Part shown: in pieces, positions 14,627 through 24,221 of the stretch | How the letters are laid out: each line of letters starts with the position of its first letter | How positions within the stretch are numbered: position 1 is the stretch's first letter | IMG/VR virus record: IMGVR_UViG_3300002026_000006 | Coordinates: 26,342-90,341 of that record | Source: a virus | Taxonomy: Duplodnaviria; Caudoviricetes | Direction: 5' to 3' (one strand) | DNA length: 64,000 bases | Program-made: the position numbers and the translations under genes | The notes under the pieces: model-generated | The model's input: only the letters and a program-made list of their open reading frames with translations | Told to the model about the DNA's origin: nothing | The model's database searches: none

Positions 14627-15505
14627 ATGCGTAACCAAAGTATGTTTGAGAAGCTAAAGGCACAAGCCGAAAAAGCAAAAAATGGCACACCTTCATATAA
14701 AGAAGGTCAAGAAAATATTTGGAAATTGGAAGCTGATAAAGCAGGAAATGCTTCTGCGGTCATTCGATTTTTGCCCGGTAAGGATGAAGATTCTGTAGCT
14801 TGGGTAAAAGTATTTAATCATGGTTTTAAGGGTCCAACAGGCCAATGGTTTATCGAGCCATGTCCGACAACGGTTGGTGATCAGTGCATTGTTTGTACTG
14901 CCAATAGCGTTTTATGGAATGAGGGGTCTGAAGCAAGCAAGAAAATTGTTTCTGCTCGTAAACGTAAGACTAAATATTATACCAATGTTTTGATTATCTC
15001 TGATCCAAAAAATCCAGATAATGAAGGTAAGGTAATGATTTTTAGCTTTGGTTCAAAAATCTTTGATATGATCAATGCATGTTTTTCACCAGAAGATGCT
15101 GATGATACCCCATTCAATCCGTTTGATATCGAAGATGGTGCCAATTTTAAATTGAAAATGTGTCAGGTTGCAGGATATGCTAACTTTGACAAATCAAAAT
15201 TTGCTGACTGCTCTAAGGCTGAAATTGTTGATTATGCGTCTAAGCTTCATGATCTAGGTCAATTTATTGACCCAAAGGTTTTCAAGTCTGAAGAAGACAT
15301 GCAGAAGCGGTTTGATCTGGTTCTAAAGGGTGATGCAAGGGCATCTGGTAAGGCTACAATGCCTGAAGAGGATGATGACGAAGAGTACGCTGCACTAGCA
15401 GCTAAAGTGGCGGCAAAGCCAGTTAAATCGACTGCAGCAAGGTCTTTACCTGAAGAGGATGACGATGATATGATGGCTGAGTTTCAGCGTCTAGCAGAAG
15501 ATTAA
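14627..15505 (+). CDS. gp32: Single-stranded DNA-binding protein gp32
   Basis: WKLEADKAGNASAVIRFLP, NHGFKGPTGQWFIEPCPTT, RKRK..YY.NVL.I.DP.NP.NEGKV, FGSKIFDMI, acidic C-tail. Confidence 0.95.
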   Translation: MRNQSMFEKLKAQAEKAKNGTPSYKEGQENIWKLEADKAGNASAVIRFLPGKDEDSVAWVKVFNHGFKGPTGQWFIEPCPTTVGDQCIVCTANSVLWNEGSEASKKIVSARKRKTKYYTNVLIISDPKNPDNEGKVMIFSFGSKIFDMINACFSPEDADDTPFNPFDIEDGANFKLKMCQVAGYANFDKSKFADCSKAEIVDYASKLHDLGQFIDPKVFKSEEDMQKRFDLVLKGDARASGKATMPEEDDDEEYAALAAKVAAKPVKSTAARSLPEEDDDDMMAEFQRLAED

Positions 15506-15524
15506 TCTGATCTAGATATCAAAG

Positions 15525-15548
15525 AAAAGGGACCGATCGGTCCCTTTT
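15525..15548. terminator. Bidirectional intrinsic terminator between convergent genes
   Basis: Perfect palindrome AAAAGGGACC-GATC-GGTCCCTTTT. Confidence 0.85.
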
Positions 15549-16157
15549 TCATTCTTTGTGTTTCTTTACTCCAATCGATGGAAACCACCTTAGTAAGTCT
15601 GAACCACGTAAAAGTTTGCCTACCACATTTCGTTCTACTTTTTTGTGTTTATCTTTTTTATGCGCAACTGGCTGCACTGGTTGTACGTGTTTTGGTGCAT
15701 GAGTTGGCACAACTGGGACAGCAACAGGTATAGTTTTTTGCTCTAGATTTTTATCAGCTTTGATACCATGTGTTGCTCTGATTGAAGTATTGGTATGAGA
15801 GTTATAATCATCTACGGTTTCTCCGGTCTGAACATCAACATGGGTAGGGTTAAGTGTCATATATGCATGATCGCGCAAAGTATCTCCAACACCATGTCCA
15901 TGATGGTTATCAGCAGCATCAATTAAAGCATAAGAAATATTTCTTAGATTGTCAACCTTTGCTTGATGCCCTCTTACAACATGTGCTCTTGCGCTGTTGT
16001 TAACTGCCATTTTTAGATCGTCTTCAGCATCTGTTGTTTTCTTAGCATTTTTTAAAAACTCAGTGTGGAAGTCATTTTTTGACCTATAATATCCACCAGC
16101 ACCTTCAGATATTTCCAGTTTTTCTATGATTAAATTTTTAATATTCTCTGCCAACAT
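15549..16157 (-). CDS. His-rich late protein, candidate capsid-internal protein
   Basis: TATAAATA at 16174-16181, AAGGA RBS, start MLAENIKNLIIEKLEISE (I-S-E protease-like site). Confidence 0.65.
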   Translation of the reverse strand: MLAENIKNLIIEKLEISEGAGGYYRSKNDFHTEFLKNAKKTTDAEDDLKMAVNNSARAHVVRGHQAKVDNLRNISYALIDAADNHHGHGVGDTLRDHAYMTLNPTHVDVQTGETVDDYNSHTNTSIRATHGIKADKNLEQKTIPVAVPVVPTHAPKHVQPVQPVAHKKDKHKKVERNVVGKLLRGSDLLRWFPSIGVKKHKE

Positions 16158-16173
16158 TTTCAATCCTTTTATA

Positions 16174-16181
16174 TATTTATA
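16174..16181 (-). promoter_or_regulatory. T4 late promoter TATAAATA
   Basis: Exact consensus. Confidence 0.75.
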
Positions 16182-16182
16182 A

Positions 16183-18165
16183 TTATTGCCAAACATATCT
16201 AGATGCTAGCCATTTTTCTAGAGTGCTTTCATTATTTCTCGCAAATATTCTAGACCCGCTTGGAGTTTCTCCAGATTTTCCGCTGCTTGAATTATTATTT
16301 GTGATGTTATTGATTACAGTTGGAGCTTGAGCAGATTTTTGTTTCTCTTCTATTTCTTCAGTTTCTTCTATAGTTTCTTCAACTTCTGTCATTTTTTGAG
16401 CAACTTTTGATGTTGGGGTAGGTTCAACAATAGCTGATTTTGGTTTTGCTGTATCGCCTGCTGCTAGTTGTGCTTGTGCTTTTCCTTCGCCATCTGGCAA
16501 AACTTCAATGCCATCAGGAATGTCCACATTAGCAATCTCTAATATTTTCTTTTCTGACTCTGTGATCATTCCAGTTTTGTTCATTTTTTCAACGAGTGGT
16601 TCTGCATCTTTGGCGTTTTTCAGATCATTTGCTATCAAGACTCCAGTAAGCCCCACACCAGCCAAAACACCCACGCCAGTACCACCAGCAACACCAGACC
16701 CTAATTCAAGTGCTGCGCCTTTCCAATCGCCTTTCCAAGCCCTTTGAGCGGCGAAAGCAGCACCAGCCAAAATACCGACCCCAGGAATTGCTCTTGCTGC
16801 CCCTTTAGCTGCTGCCTTTGCTGCTATTTTAGCTGCTGCAGATGTGCCTGCTTTTTCAGCAGCGACAACGGCACCTTTTTCAGCAGCTTTTTTTGCAACT
16901 GTCGTACCAGCCTTAGAAGCAGCTTTTTCGGCTGCAGTGCCAAAGATTTTATTCTTTGCTGCCATGAACCCATCTTTGATTAGTCCACCAGCTTTCAATA
17001 AACCAGAACCAAGCAACGATGCTACTGCCAATAAAGCTTTACCAATTCCAGAAACTAATTTTCCTGCAAGTGGTAATAGTTTACCAAACATATTAGCCAA
17101 AGGTCTGAATAATTTTGTGAATTTACCAGCAAGAGCAAGTAGGCCACCACCTAACCATTTGCCAAGCATTCCACCAAGCATTCCAAGTAATCCGCCTTTA
17201 TCGTCCTTCTTTTTCTTATCGTCAGCCGAACCTTTACCATCCTTTGAAGTATTTTTTTCTATTTTCTCTAGCAAGTCAATTATTTTATCCATTTGATCTG
17301 CCTGATCTTCTTTTGATTCGGCATCAGATTCTTTTACACCTTCTTTTGAATTTTGAATCGTGACAGGATTAGTTGATGTTTTTGCTGGAGTAATTGGTTC
17401 AACTTTAGAGCTAATGCCTTCTTTTGAAATGTCAGTTTTTTGTGCTAAAATTGATTCAGCTCTTGCCTTTTTCTCTTTTCGACTGAGCAGATAACTAGAT
17501 AATTTTTGAATGTCACTGCCCTGCAAAATACCAGAGTTTGATGTTTTTGACAGCAATGGATTGGCTGCTTTTGTTGGGGATACTACAAATTTTCCGGTTT
17601 CAGTGTTTCTCCAACGATTAGCCTTAGTATCAAATACTATTTTTGGTTTTTCTGGTTGTGTTGGTTCTTGATTTTGTATATCAACTTTTGGTCGATTGCT
17701 TTTCCAAACTTCAAAGTTTTTGTTTGCCTCTTCAAGATTGAAAGGTTGAGCAATTGGCATTGATGCTGGTGTCGGTTGTTTTGGCAGAAATGTAGGTCCA
17801 GCTTTTTGTTGAATGTTATTTAAAACTTTGGCTCTATTTGCTTTTGTTGCGGTTGAAACCACTGTGGACATTTGGACATTAGCTGGAGGAACTAAAGATT
17901 TAAGAACTTTTACAGATTCTTTAATTTTCTTTTCAGAAATGCCAAGGCTAATTAAATGTGCATTGATACTTTCCTTTAAATCAATTTCGGCGGCTTTTAA
18001 TTCTTCTAATTGCTTTTTTCTATCTTTAGCTAATTCTGCACGTTCTTGTTTTAACTCAGTTTTTTCATGGTTATCAATAGAATTTTCAATAGCTTTTTGA
18101 TCTGGTGTTGTCCCAGTTATCTTAGTAACTAAATTGAACGGTACTCTTACTGAATTTGTTGCCAT
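16183..18165 (-). CDS. gp29: Baseplate hub/tape-measure-like protein (gp29-like)
   Basis: 660 aa with coiled-coil N-terminus and Ala/Gly/Lys-rich amphipathic repeats; lies directly downstream of gp26/gp51. Confidence 0.6.
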   Translation of the reverse strand: MATNSVRVPFNLVTKITGTTPDQKAIENSIDNHEKTELKQERAELAKDRKKQLEELKAAEIDLKESINAHLISLGISEKKIKESVKVLKSLVPPANVQMSTVVSTATKANRAKVLNNIQQKAGPTFLPKQPTPASMPIAQPFNLEEANKNFEVWKSNRPKVDIQNQEPTQPEKPKIVFDTKANRWRNTETGKFVVSPTKAANPLLSKTSNSGILQGSDIQKLSSYLLSRKEKKARAESILAQKTDISKEGISSKVEPITPAKTSTNPVTIQNSKEGVKESDAESKEDQADQMDKIIDLLEKIEKNTSKDGKGSADDKKKKDDKGGLLGMLGGMLGKWLGGGLLALAGKFTKLFRPLANMFGKLLPLAGKLVSGIGKALLAVASLLGSGLLKAGGLIKDGFMAAKNKIFGTAAEKAASKAGTTVAKKAAEKGAVVAAEKAGTSAAAKIAAKAAAKGAARAIPGVGILAGAAFAAQRAWKGDWKGAALELGSGVAGGTGVGVLAGVGLTGVLIANDLKNAKDAEPLVEKMNKTGMITESEKKILEIANVDIPDGIEVLPDGEGKAQAQLAAGDTAKPKSAIVEPTPTSKVAQKMTEVEETIEETEEIEEKQKSAQAPTVINNITNNNSSSGKSGETPSGSRIFARNNESTLEKWLASRYVWQ

Positions 18166-18168
18166 ATA

Positions 18169-18360
18169 TTATCCTAAATTATTTTTCTTTTTTTCGTTTT
18201 GTTCTTTGATATGCTTATTCAATAAAGAAATATAAACTACCCTTTCCCAAGGAATCATATTTTCTAACTCTGACAAACTGTAATTGTGCTCATGCATCAA
18301 TTTAAAATTCGTTTGATAATAATCTGCCAGAGTTTCTTGAGAAAGGGTTAGTCGAAAAAA
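18169..18360 (-). CDS. gp51: gp51-like hub assembly module in the -1 frame of gp26 (missed by the ORF track)
   Basis: Reads FFRLTLSQETLADYYQTNFKLMHEHNYSLSELENMIPWERVVYISLLNKHIKEQNEKKKNNLG*; the only ATG upstream of the conserved C-terminal half (18297) has no RBS and truncates the motif. Confidence 0.8.
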   Translation of the reverse strand, partial: FFRLTLSQETLADYYQTNFKLMHEHNYSLSELENMIPWERVVYISLLNKHIKEQNEKKKNNLG

Positions 18361-19052
18361 CTTTCCATTCCTTCAAGTAAGATCAAATTCTTTCCACCAC
18401 ATTTAACGCAATTATACTCTTGTTCAAACTTCAAAGATGGCACATTTGCCATAAAATCTGTAATTTTTGTAAAATTTTCGTCGGACAAATCCTCTAGCCA
18501 CTCTACCAATTCCTCGATTTTGTTTTCTTTTGGGTCAACCGTCACTTCGCCATACACGATTGACACTACGCAATTCGCAACAACTTTAGTAATTTCACTT
18601 GCCAGTTTAACCTCTGACATGGTATAAGCATCATCCATATTTGGATAGCGCATAATAATCCATACGTTATCTGCCAATTGAATCGTTGATGATAATTCAA
18701 CTTCTGGCATAACAATCTCAGATTTGCTTAGATCAAGCATCATATAGTTTTTGTGTTCGCAATGAATGCAAGTAGAAACTGCTTCAATGCCTTCACCCAT
18801 AGATTTATTTCTGACGTTTAAAAACAAATACTCAGCATCACATTGAGGTATAGAATTAATATCTAAGCCAAAGGCACAGGACGACAAAGCATTTTTAATT
18901 GCTGTCGAAAGTTTAGCAGTGTCTTCTTCTTGAATTGCTAATAGAAGTAGCTTTTCTTCTCTTACCACAAATGGGCGAAATTTGATTTTCTTTTTTGAAC
19001 ATGGTAATGTCAAATCATATTTTGGTAACGAAACGATTGGTAAATTGCTCAT
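18348..19052 (-). CDS. gp26: Baseplate hub assembly protein gp26
   Basis: LPKYDLTLP..KKKIKFRPFVVREEKLLL, DAEYLFLNVRNKSMGE, CxxC pairs, LEGMESFF end. Confidence 0.9.
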   Translation of the reverse strand: MSNLPIVSLPKYDLTLPCSKKKIKFRPFVVREEKLLLLAIQEEDTAKLSTAIKNALSSCAFGLDINSIPQCDAEYLFLNVRNKSMGEGIEAVSTCIHCEHKNYMMLDLSKSEIVMPEVELSSTIQLADNVWIIMRYPNMDDAYTMSEVKLASEITKVVANCVVSIVYGEVTVDPKENKIEELVEWLEDLSDENFTKITDFMANVPSLKFEQEYNCVKCGGKNLILLEGMESFFD

Positions 19053-19066
19053 AATATATTTCCTTT

Positions 19067-19912
19067 TTATAAACCTAATATTCCAGATAATTTTGATCCA
19101 GAATTTGCTATCTGACCACCTGTGCCGCCGATTGATTTGCCTGCAGAATCTGCCAGTCCATTGATAGACCCTAGTATACCAGTGCCAGTGCCCTTGTTGA
19201 GTGCTGGTCTAGCTTGTATGTTAGGATTCTTTTCATTGTGTTCTGAGGTCATGTAATCAAATTCAAAATCAACTTTCATTTTATGAAATTCTCTCCCAGC
19301 ATTTGAATTTGTAAACCCACTGACATATTTTGGGTATACGTCAAAAAAAGTATATATTCCAACATCGACTTCTTTTGTTGCTGCTTTTGTTGCTGATGAT
19401 ACGCCACCAGATTCAAATGATTTTTTTGCTGCGTCAATGAAGGTTGTTAATGGATTTGCTATACCAGTTGTAGCTGTCGGTACTGCACCAGACATTATAT
19501 TATCTACCACGATAACCTGCATTGTATGTTTGTATATGCTAGGTAGATTAGGGCTGAAACTTGTTTCGTCACCATTTGGTAAAACTAGATTAATCCAATC
19601 CTCAAAATACTTTCTTATTTGAAGTCTTGTATCTATTAAAAATGTCATTGACAATTGACCGTCATATAGAAATTCGTATGGTCTTTCTATATTTTTGCCT
19701 TGGATTCTTGTTTTGATTGTATTTATTACTTTACCAGGTATTGTGACCGATTCTGCATAGAATTTTGCTAATGAATTTGTGTCAGATAATTCTGCTGCAA
19801 ATCCATTATTTACAGAATCTAAGTGCTTTGGTAATAATATTTCAAATTTATTATTTTTGGAAATTCCATAATTTCCAATTTTTAAAATGAAGTCTTCTAA
19901 TGTCTGTGCCAT
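19067..19912 (-). CDS. gp54: Tail tube initiator gp54-like
   Basis: G.SKNNKFEI..P, ESVTIPG, LSMTFLID....IRKYFEDWIN, YPKYV, KVDFEF. Confidence 0.75.
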   Translation of the reverse strand: MAQTLEDFILKIGNYGISKNNKFEILLPKHLDSVNNGFAAELSDTNSLAKFYAESVTIPGKVINTIKTRIQGKNIERPYEFLYDGQLSMTFLIDTRLQIRKYFEDWINLVLPNGDETSFSPNLPSIYKHTMQVIVVDNIMSGAVPTATTGIANPLTTFIDAAKKSFESGGVSSATKAATKEVDVGIYTFFDVYPKYVSGFTNSNAGREFHKMKVDFEFDYMTSEHNEKNPNIQARPALNKGTGTGILGSINGLADSAGKSIGGTGGQIANSGSKLSGILGL

Positions 19913-19935
19913 TATCGTGATGCTTTCTGATTTTG

Positions 19936-20020
19936 CATAAATATTAGTGGTTAGATATTATGTGGCGTAATATCAGCCTAGCTGGGATGCCTAGAGTGTT
20001 CCACTATTACTATATTTATA
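19936..20020. promoter_or_regulatory. Face-to-face late promoters with a structured overlap
   Basis: CATAAATA (+, 19936-19943) and TATAAATA (-, 20013-20020), with stems 19945-19950/20001-20006 and 19954-19960/19968-19974 between them. Confidence 0.55.
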
Positions 20021-20036
20021 CACTGGGAGATTTTTA

Positions 20037-20855
20037 ATGTACATTCCTTATACATACTTAATTGGATGGTCTAAAGAAAATAAATTTTATTATGGGGTCC
20101 AATATGGCAGAAAAGCAAATCCAAAAAATTTATGGAAAACTTATTTTACGAGTTCTAAAGAAGTAAAAAGTTTTATAAACCATCATGGCAATCCAGATAT
20201 TATAGAAATAAGAAGAACTTTTCAAACTGGAAAATCTGCTCTTTTGTGGGAACAAAAAGTCCTAAAAAGACTCGATGCAGGAAATAATGATAAATTCTTA
20301 AATCTTATAAGTGCTAATGACATGCATTTAATAAGGTTAGTAACAAATAGACAAAAGAACATCACTAATGGTTATATAAATGGAAAAATTCCAGTATCTC
20401 AGGATATTCCTAATGGGTACTGGAGGGGAACTACAAAATTTCCTACGGGAAGTAAAGGGATACCTAGATCAAAAGAATCTAATTTAAATAAATCTAAGGC
20501 AATGCAAGGTCTTGAGAAATCAAAATCTCACAGGCTAGCTTTATCCGTTGCTGCAAAGAAACAACACGAGGAAATGTCTGAAGAAGAAAAATTGAGAATA
20601 AAAAATCTATTTTCTAAGAAATATTCTGGAGAAAATAATCCTAGATTTGGGTGTGTAGTATCAGACAAACAAAAAGAATTGAACATAAAAGCTCATCACG
20701 AAAGATTCGTAGTCAAAATTAAGCTTATGTTGAATATGAGTTTGGACGAATTTAAAGAATATGTTAAGTTAGAATGTGAAAACGGCAGTAATTTTGCTAA
20801 AATATCAAAAGATATTGGGATATCTTGGTATCATATAAACAGATATTGTAATTAA
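20037..20855 (+). CDS. Free-standing GIY-YIG (Seg-like) homing endonuclease with NUMOD3-like motifs
   Basis: PYTYLIGW...FYYGVQY...LWKTYFTSSK...E..VL.R....N.KFLN; KSKSHRLALS and SGENNPRFG motifs; antisense to its neighbours. Confidence 0.85.
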   Translation: MYIPYTYLIGWSKENKFYYGVQYGRKANPKNLWKTYFTSSKEVKSFINHHGNPDIIEIRRTFQTGKSALLWEQKVLKRLDAGNNDKFLNLISANDMHLIRLVTNRQKNITNGYINGKIPVSQDIPNGYWRGTTKFPTGSKGIPRSKESNLNKSKAMQGLEKSKSHRLALSVAAKKQHEEMSEEEKLRIKNLFSKKYSGENNPRFGCVVSDKQKELNIKAHHERFVVKIKLMLNMSLDEFKEYVKLECENGSNFAKISKDIGISWYHINRYCN

Positions 20856-20856
20856 T

Positions 20857-21447
20857 TTATCTAGACGCTTTTTTTGAGTCTGCCCAAACAAACTCGGCAG
20901 ACTGCTTGCGGAACTTTTCTACTGGAAGCCATACGCTCATCATCATATCATCCGGTGGTATTCTTGCCATTCTGCTTTTTACGTGGGAAAACAAATATTG
21001 TTTGACTGCTGGTTTAACTTCTGGAAATTTACTAGCATTATTTAACATTTTCCATGATACCTGAATTTTAGCATTCGGCGATAATTTATCATCAGAAGAA
21101 AATTCCAATAACTTATTGACCAAAGCAAATCTAACTTTAGGAAACAGATAATGAAAATTAATTCCGTAGAACGTATCAGGATACACTGAAAATGGCAAAA
21201 CTAAAGGAAAAGTATCATAGTACGGAAGTTCATTTTTAGTTTTCGGATCATATGTAAAGAAAAACATTTGACCTATTTTTGGAGTATCTGTTTGCCTATG
21301 AATGTTATCTCCAAGAACACTCAGTGGTCCCATTGCTCTAGTATTATTACGGACATTATTCATAAACCACGTAGCCGAATTTCTCGGATTGTAGAGTTTA
21401 TTATTCCTTATAACGTCAAAAAGAGTAGTTTTTACTTGGGTTGCCAC
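20857..21447 (-). CDS. gp2: DNA end protector gp2
   Basis: GQMFFFTYDPKTKNELPYYDTFPLV, GINFHYL, KQYLFSHVKS, LPVEKF. Confidence 0.92.
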   Translation of the reverse strand: MATQVKTTLFDVIRNNKLYNPRNSATWFMNNVRNNTRAMGPLSVLGDNIHRQTDTPKIGQMFFFTYDPKTKNELPYYDTFPLVLPFSVYPDTFYGINFHYLFPKVRFALVNKLLEFSSDDKLSPNAKIQVSWKMLNNASKFPEVKPAVKQYLFSHVKSRMARIPPDDMMMSVWLPVEKFRKQSAEFVWADSKKASR

Positions 21448-21490
21448 GATTTTCCTAATTAGTTATAAGTATTTATCCTGATACTTTCAT

Positions 21491-21934
21491 TCACATTTTT
21501 AAATCATGCTCGGTAAGTATTTTAAATTCAATGCCATGTTTATCCGCATATTTCTTAGCAGCAACCCATTTAGCCTCATTGATCGTCCAAGTAATAACTG
21601 AATCAATATATGCTTTAGTTTTTCTTGTTTTTATTTTTGGTGGTTTTGTTTGTGAGAATGGTTTTATTTCTATTAAATAGGTTTTTAGTTTTCCATCTAC
21701 ATCCCGAACTGTTACTTTAGCGTCTACGAAATATCTATGCACTTTTCCATCTGTAGGTTTCACGTAAGGTATAATGACCTCTTCTGAAGAATATTTTAAA
21801 ACATTTGGATTTCTATCACACCAAATAAAAAATTTAAATTCCCAACTGCTTCTACAAAAAATATTGTTTACATCACCTTCATATTTTTGTGGATTTTTTG
21901 GTATGAATTTGCCTTGAACGTAATGCTTTGTCAT
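21491..21934 (-). CDS. gp4: Head completion nuclease gp4
   Basis: QGKFIPKNPQKYEGD..NI..RSSWE, SSEEVIIPY, HRYFVD, IEIKP..QT, NEAKW. Confidence 0.93.
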   Translation of the reverse strand: MTKHYVQGKFIPKNPQKYEGDVNNIFCRSSWEFKFFIWCDRNPNVLKYSSEEVIIPYVKPTDGKVHRYFVDAKVTVRDVDGKLKTYLIEIKPFSQTKPPKIKTRKTKAYIDSVITWTINEAKWVAAKKYADKHGIEFKILTEHDLKM

Positions 21935-21952
21935 AATTAAATATTAAACAAC

Positions 21953-21975
21953 TATTTATCTTTGATGGATAAATA
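21953..21975. promoter_or_regulatory. Divergent late promoters (GATAAATA on both strands)
   Basis: TATTTATC at 21953-21960 serving gp4 and GATAAATA at 21968-21975 serving gp48; a further minus-strand copy at 21470-21477 serves gp2. Confidence 0.65.
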
Positions 21976-22006
21976 ATAAGACATAACCATACCCTAAAAA
22001 ATAAAA

Positions 22007-23341
22007 ATGAGTTTATTTTCAATTCTCCCAGATGCATCAAGCTTAAAGCAGACAGTATCTAATGCAATTACTAAAGTTAAAGACACTTGGACTTCTACAG
22101 GAACAACAAAAGCAGAAGCCAAGCCAGATTTAACTGAGATGCTAGGTACTAATACCGCAACATCAAAACCATATAATACGGGTAGTGATCTTAGCGGCAC
22201 TTCTGTAAAAAAAGATTCATTATCTTCCACAACGACAACCGCAACATCAACCGCTTCAAATGTAGCAACCGATATCGATAGTATTTCTAGCTCAGATAAA
22301 GCTGAAAATAAAAGTGAATATGATATTCTGTATTATCCAGAAGCATTATTAGCTGAAGGTTCATTAGGTAAACGATATCCTCATGCAATGAGTATTTTTA
22401 TGAATGTCAATTCTAAGTCGAAGCTTGGAAAATATATGGAGTCATCAGGCCAAATTGCTAAGAAAAGATTGGATCAAAAAACATTGGATTTGACTGAGAA
22501 TACTTCAAATCAAGGCGTTGCGACAAATGTTGGGGGCATGGCAGGCGATTTCCTAGTAGAAATAGGAATGGCAGCAAAGTTTAAAAGATTCACTGGCTGT
22601 ATCATGTTGCCTTTGCCATTGGATTTGACTGCTAATTATGGAGCTAATTATAACACTGCTGGTGCTGGTGGTGTTCTTGGTACTGCTTTAAAAATTGGTA
22701 TGAGTGGATCAAATGCAAAGCAGACATTAGAAGGGTTAGTGACTGAGGCAATATCTGGTGCTGCTAGAGATTTGACCAAAAACACGTTAACTGCTGTGGC
22801 TAAAAATATTGAAACCGGCACTTTTGGTGGAGTTGATAATGCCGGTGGATTATTCGATAAAGTTGTTGGTACAATCCGAAACCCAAGAACTGAACAAGTT
22901 TTCGAGAAAATGGATATTAGATCATTTACTTTTTCTTGGCAAATTAATATTACATCGGTGAAAGAATGGAATACTATAAGAAGTATTGTTTCGTTACTAA
23001 AAGAAAATATGCATCCAGAAATAGATGGCACGACCTCTGGAACCTATATGGTTATGCCAAATGAATTTGATATTGAATTTTATGAAAAGGTAGGTAGCTC
23101 TTTTAGTGAATCGACAACGATACCAAAAATAGCTACCTCTGCATTATCTCAATTGGAGGTAAATTATACACCACAAGGCAATTGGATTGCATTTGAGGGT
23201 ACTATGATTCCACCTTTTGTTTTGATAAGAACGGTATTCAAAGAAATGGAACCACTACATAGAACGATGGTATCTGATGTTGCCGCTACCAATAAAAAAT
23301 TCACATTCCCTGATGTTAATGATCGTAGAAGAGGATTCTAA
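22007..23341 (+). CDS. gp48: Baseplate tail-tube cap gp48
   Basis: YYPE, I.LPLP, NPRTEQVFEKMDIRSFTFSW, LLKENMHPE, PNEFDIEF, LEVNYTPQG, F.EMEPL; has a Ser/Thr-rich N-terminal extension. Confidence 0.85.
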   Translation: MSLFSILPDASSLKQTVSNAITKVKDTWTSTGTTKAEAKPDLTEMLGTNTATSKPYNTGSDLSGTSVKKDSLSSTTTTATSTASNVATDIDSISSSDKAENKSEYDILYYPEALLAEGSLGKRYPHAMSIFMNVNSKSKLGKYMESSGQIAKKRLDQKTLDLTENTSNQGVATNVGGMAGDFLVEIGMAAKFKRFTGCIMLPLPLDLTANYGANYNTAGAGGVLGTALKIGMSGSNAKQTLEGLVTEAISGAARDLTKNTLTAVAKNIETGTFGGVDNAGGLFDKVVGTIRNPRTEQVFEKMDIRSFTFSWQINITSVKEWNTIRSIVSLLKENMHPEIDGTTSGTYMVMPNEFDIEFYEKVGSSFSESTTIPKIATSALSQLEVNYTPQGNWIAFEGTMIPPFVLIRTVFKEMEPLHRTMVSDVAATNKKFTFPDVNDRRRGF

Positions 23342-24219
23342 TGGATTATTTTAAAAAATTCCAAATTGTAAAGTATGATTTTACCACGACAGAAGCGTTT
23401 AAACAATATTTCACATTAGCTGATGTGACCACTAGGGTTCAGGCATTTTATAATGAGGAAGATACTGAGAGACTTTTCGATAATTACAATATTAAGTCTT
23501 GGGATACTCCTGAGAAAATATCATATTCATTATATGGCACGACAGAATATTATTGGACTATATTATATGTTAATGATATGTTTGATATGTATTATGATTG
23601 GCCGTTATTGGATGATGAGCTTCAAAAATATGCAGAATCAATATATACTGGTTTTGGTCCAAGTCCATTAATAACATATGCTGCTGAAGTAATGCCTTAT
23701 GTACCAAATCAATTTATTATTAAAGTAGTTCAACATAATACTATTCCAATTAGCGAATCAATAATTTTACATCCAGATAAACTACAGGTTGGTATGTTTG
23801 TGGATAGATATATTGCTGGCGAAGATTGTAGAATTACGAATATTGATATTGTATATCGTTCAGATGTAGGTGGTGGCAATTCTGTTGTAGATTATTATGA
23901 ATTAACTATAGATAAACCAACGCTGACATATGCTAAAGAAGTTAGTGTATCTTCGATAACAAGTAATATTGAAGGTAACGACAATATTATTTTCTTTGGG
24001 TTTGCTGAAGCCATTGAAGATTATAATTCAATATCATATTATATGACTGCTGATGGAGTAATTAAAGATATCGAATATGTAGAATATGGCGAAACAATAT
24101 ATGGTATAACTAAAATCGAAGACTTGATTATTCAAAATGAAAAAAAGAAGAGAATAAAGATTATTAGGCCAGATCAAATATCTAATTTTGTTAGTTTATA
24201 TTTTAATCGTGTTATTTAA
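23341..24219 (+). CDS. gp53: Baseplate wedge protein gp53
   Basis: MDYFKKF, Y.IKSWDTPEKISYSLYG..EYYWTIL..ND.FD.YYDWPL, NEKKKRIKII. Confidence 0.9.
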   Translation: MDYFKKFQIVKYDFTTTEAFKQYFTLADVTTRVQAFYNEEDTERLFDNYNIKSWDTPEKISYSLYGTTEYYWTILYVNDMFDMYYDWPLLDDELQKYAESIYTGFGPSPLITYAAEVMPYVPNQFIIKVVQHNTIPISESIILHPDKLQVGMFVDRYIAGEDCRITNIDIVYRSDVGGGNSVVDYYELTIDKPTLTYAKEVSVSSITSNIEGNDNIIFFGFAEAIEDYNSISYYMTADGVIKDIEYVEYGETIYGITKIEDLIIQNEKKKRIKIIRPDQISNFVSLYFNRVI

Positions 24220-24221
24220 TT

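Noticed and set aside
16508-18100. Plus-strand ORFs opposite gp29, and similar antisense ORFs such as 46299-46973, 47690-48109, 22648-23031 and 1627-2061
   Set aside because: Shadow ORFs of well-supported genes, caused by codon bias on the coding strand; no RBS, promoter or family motifs
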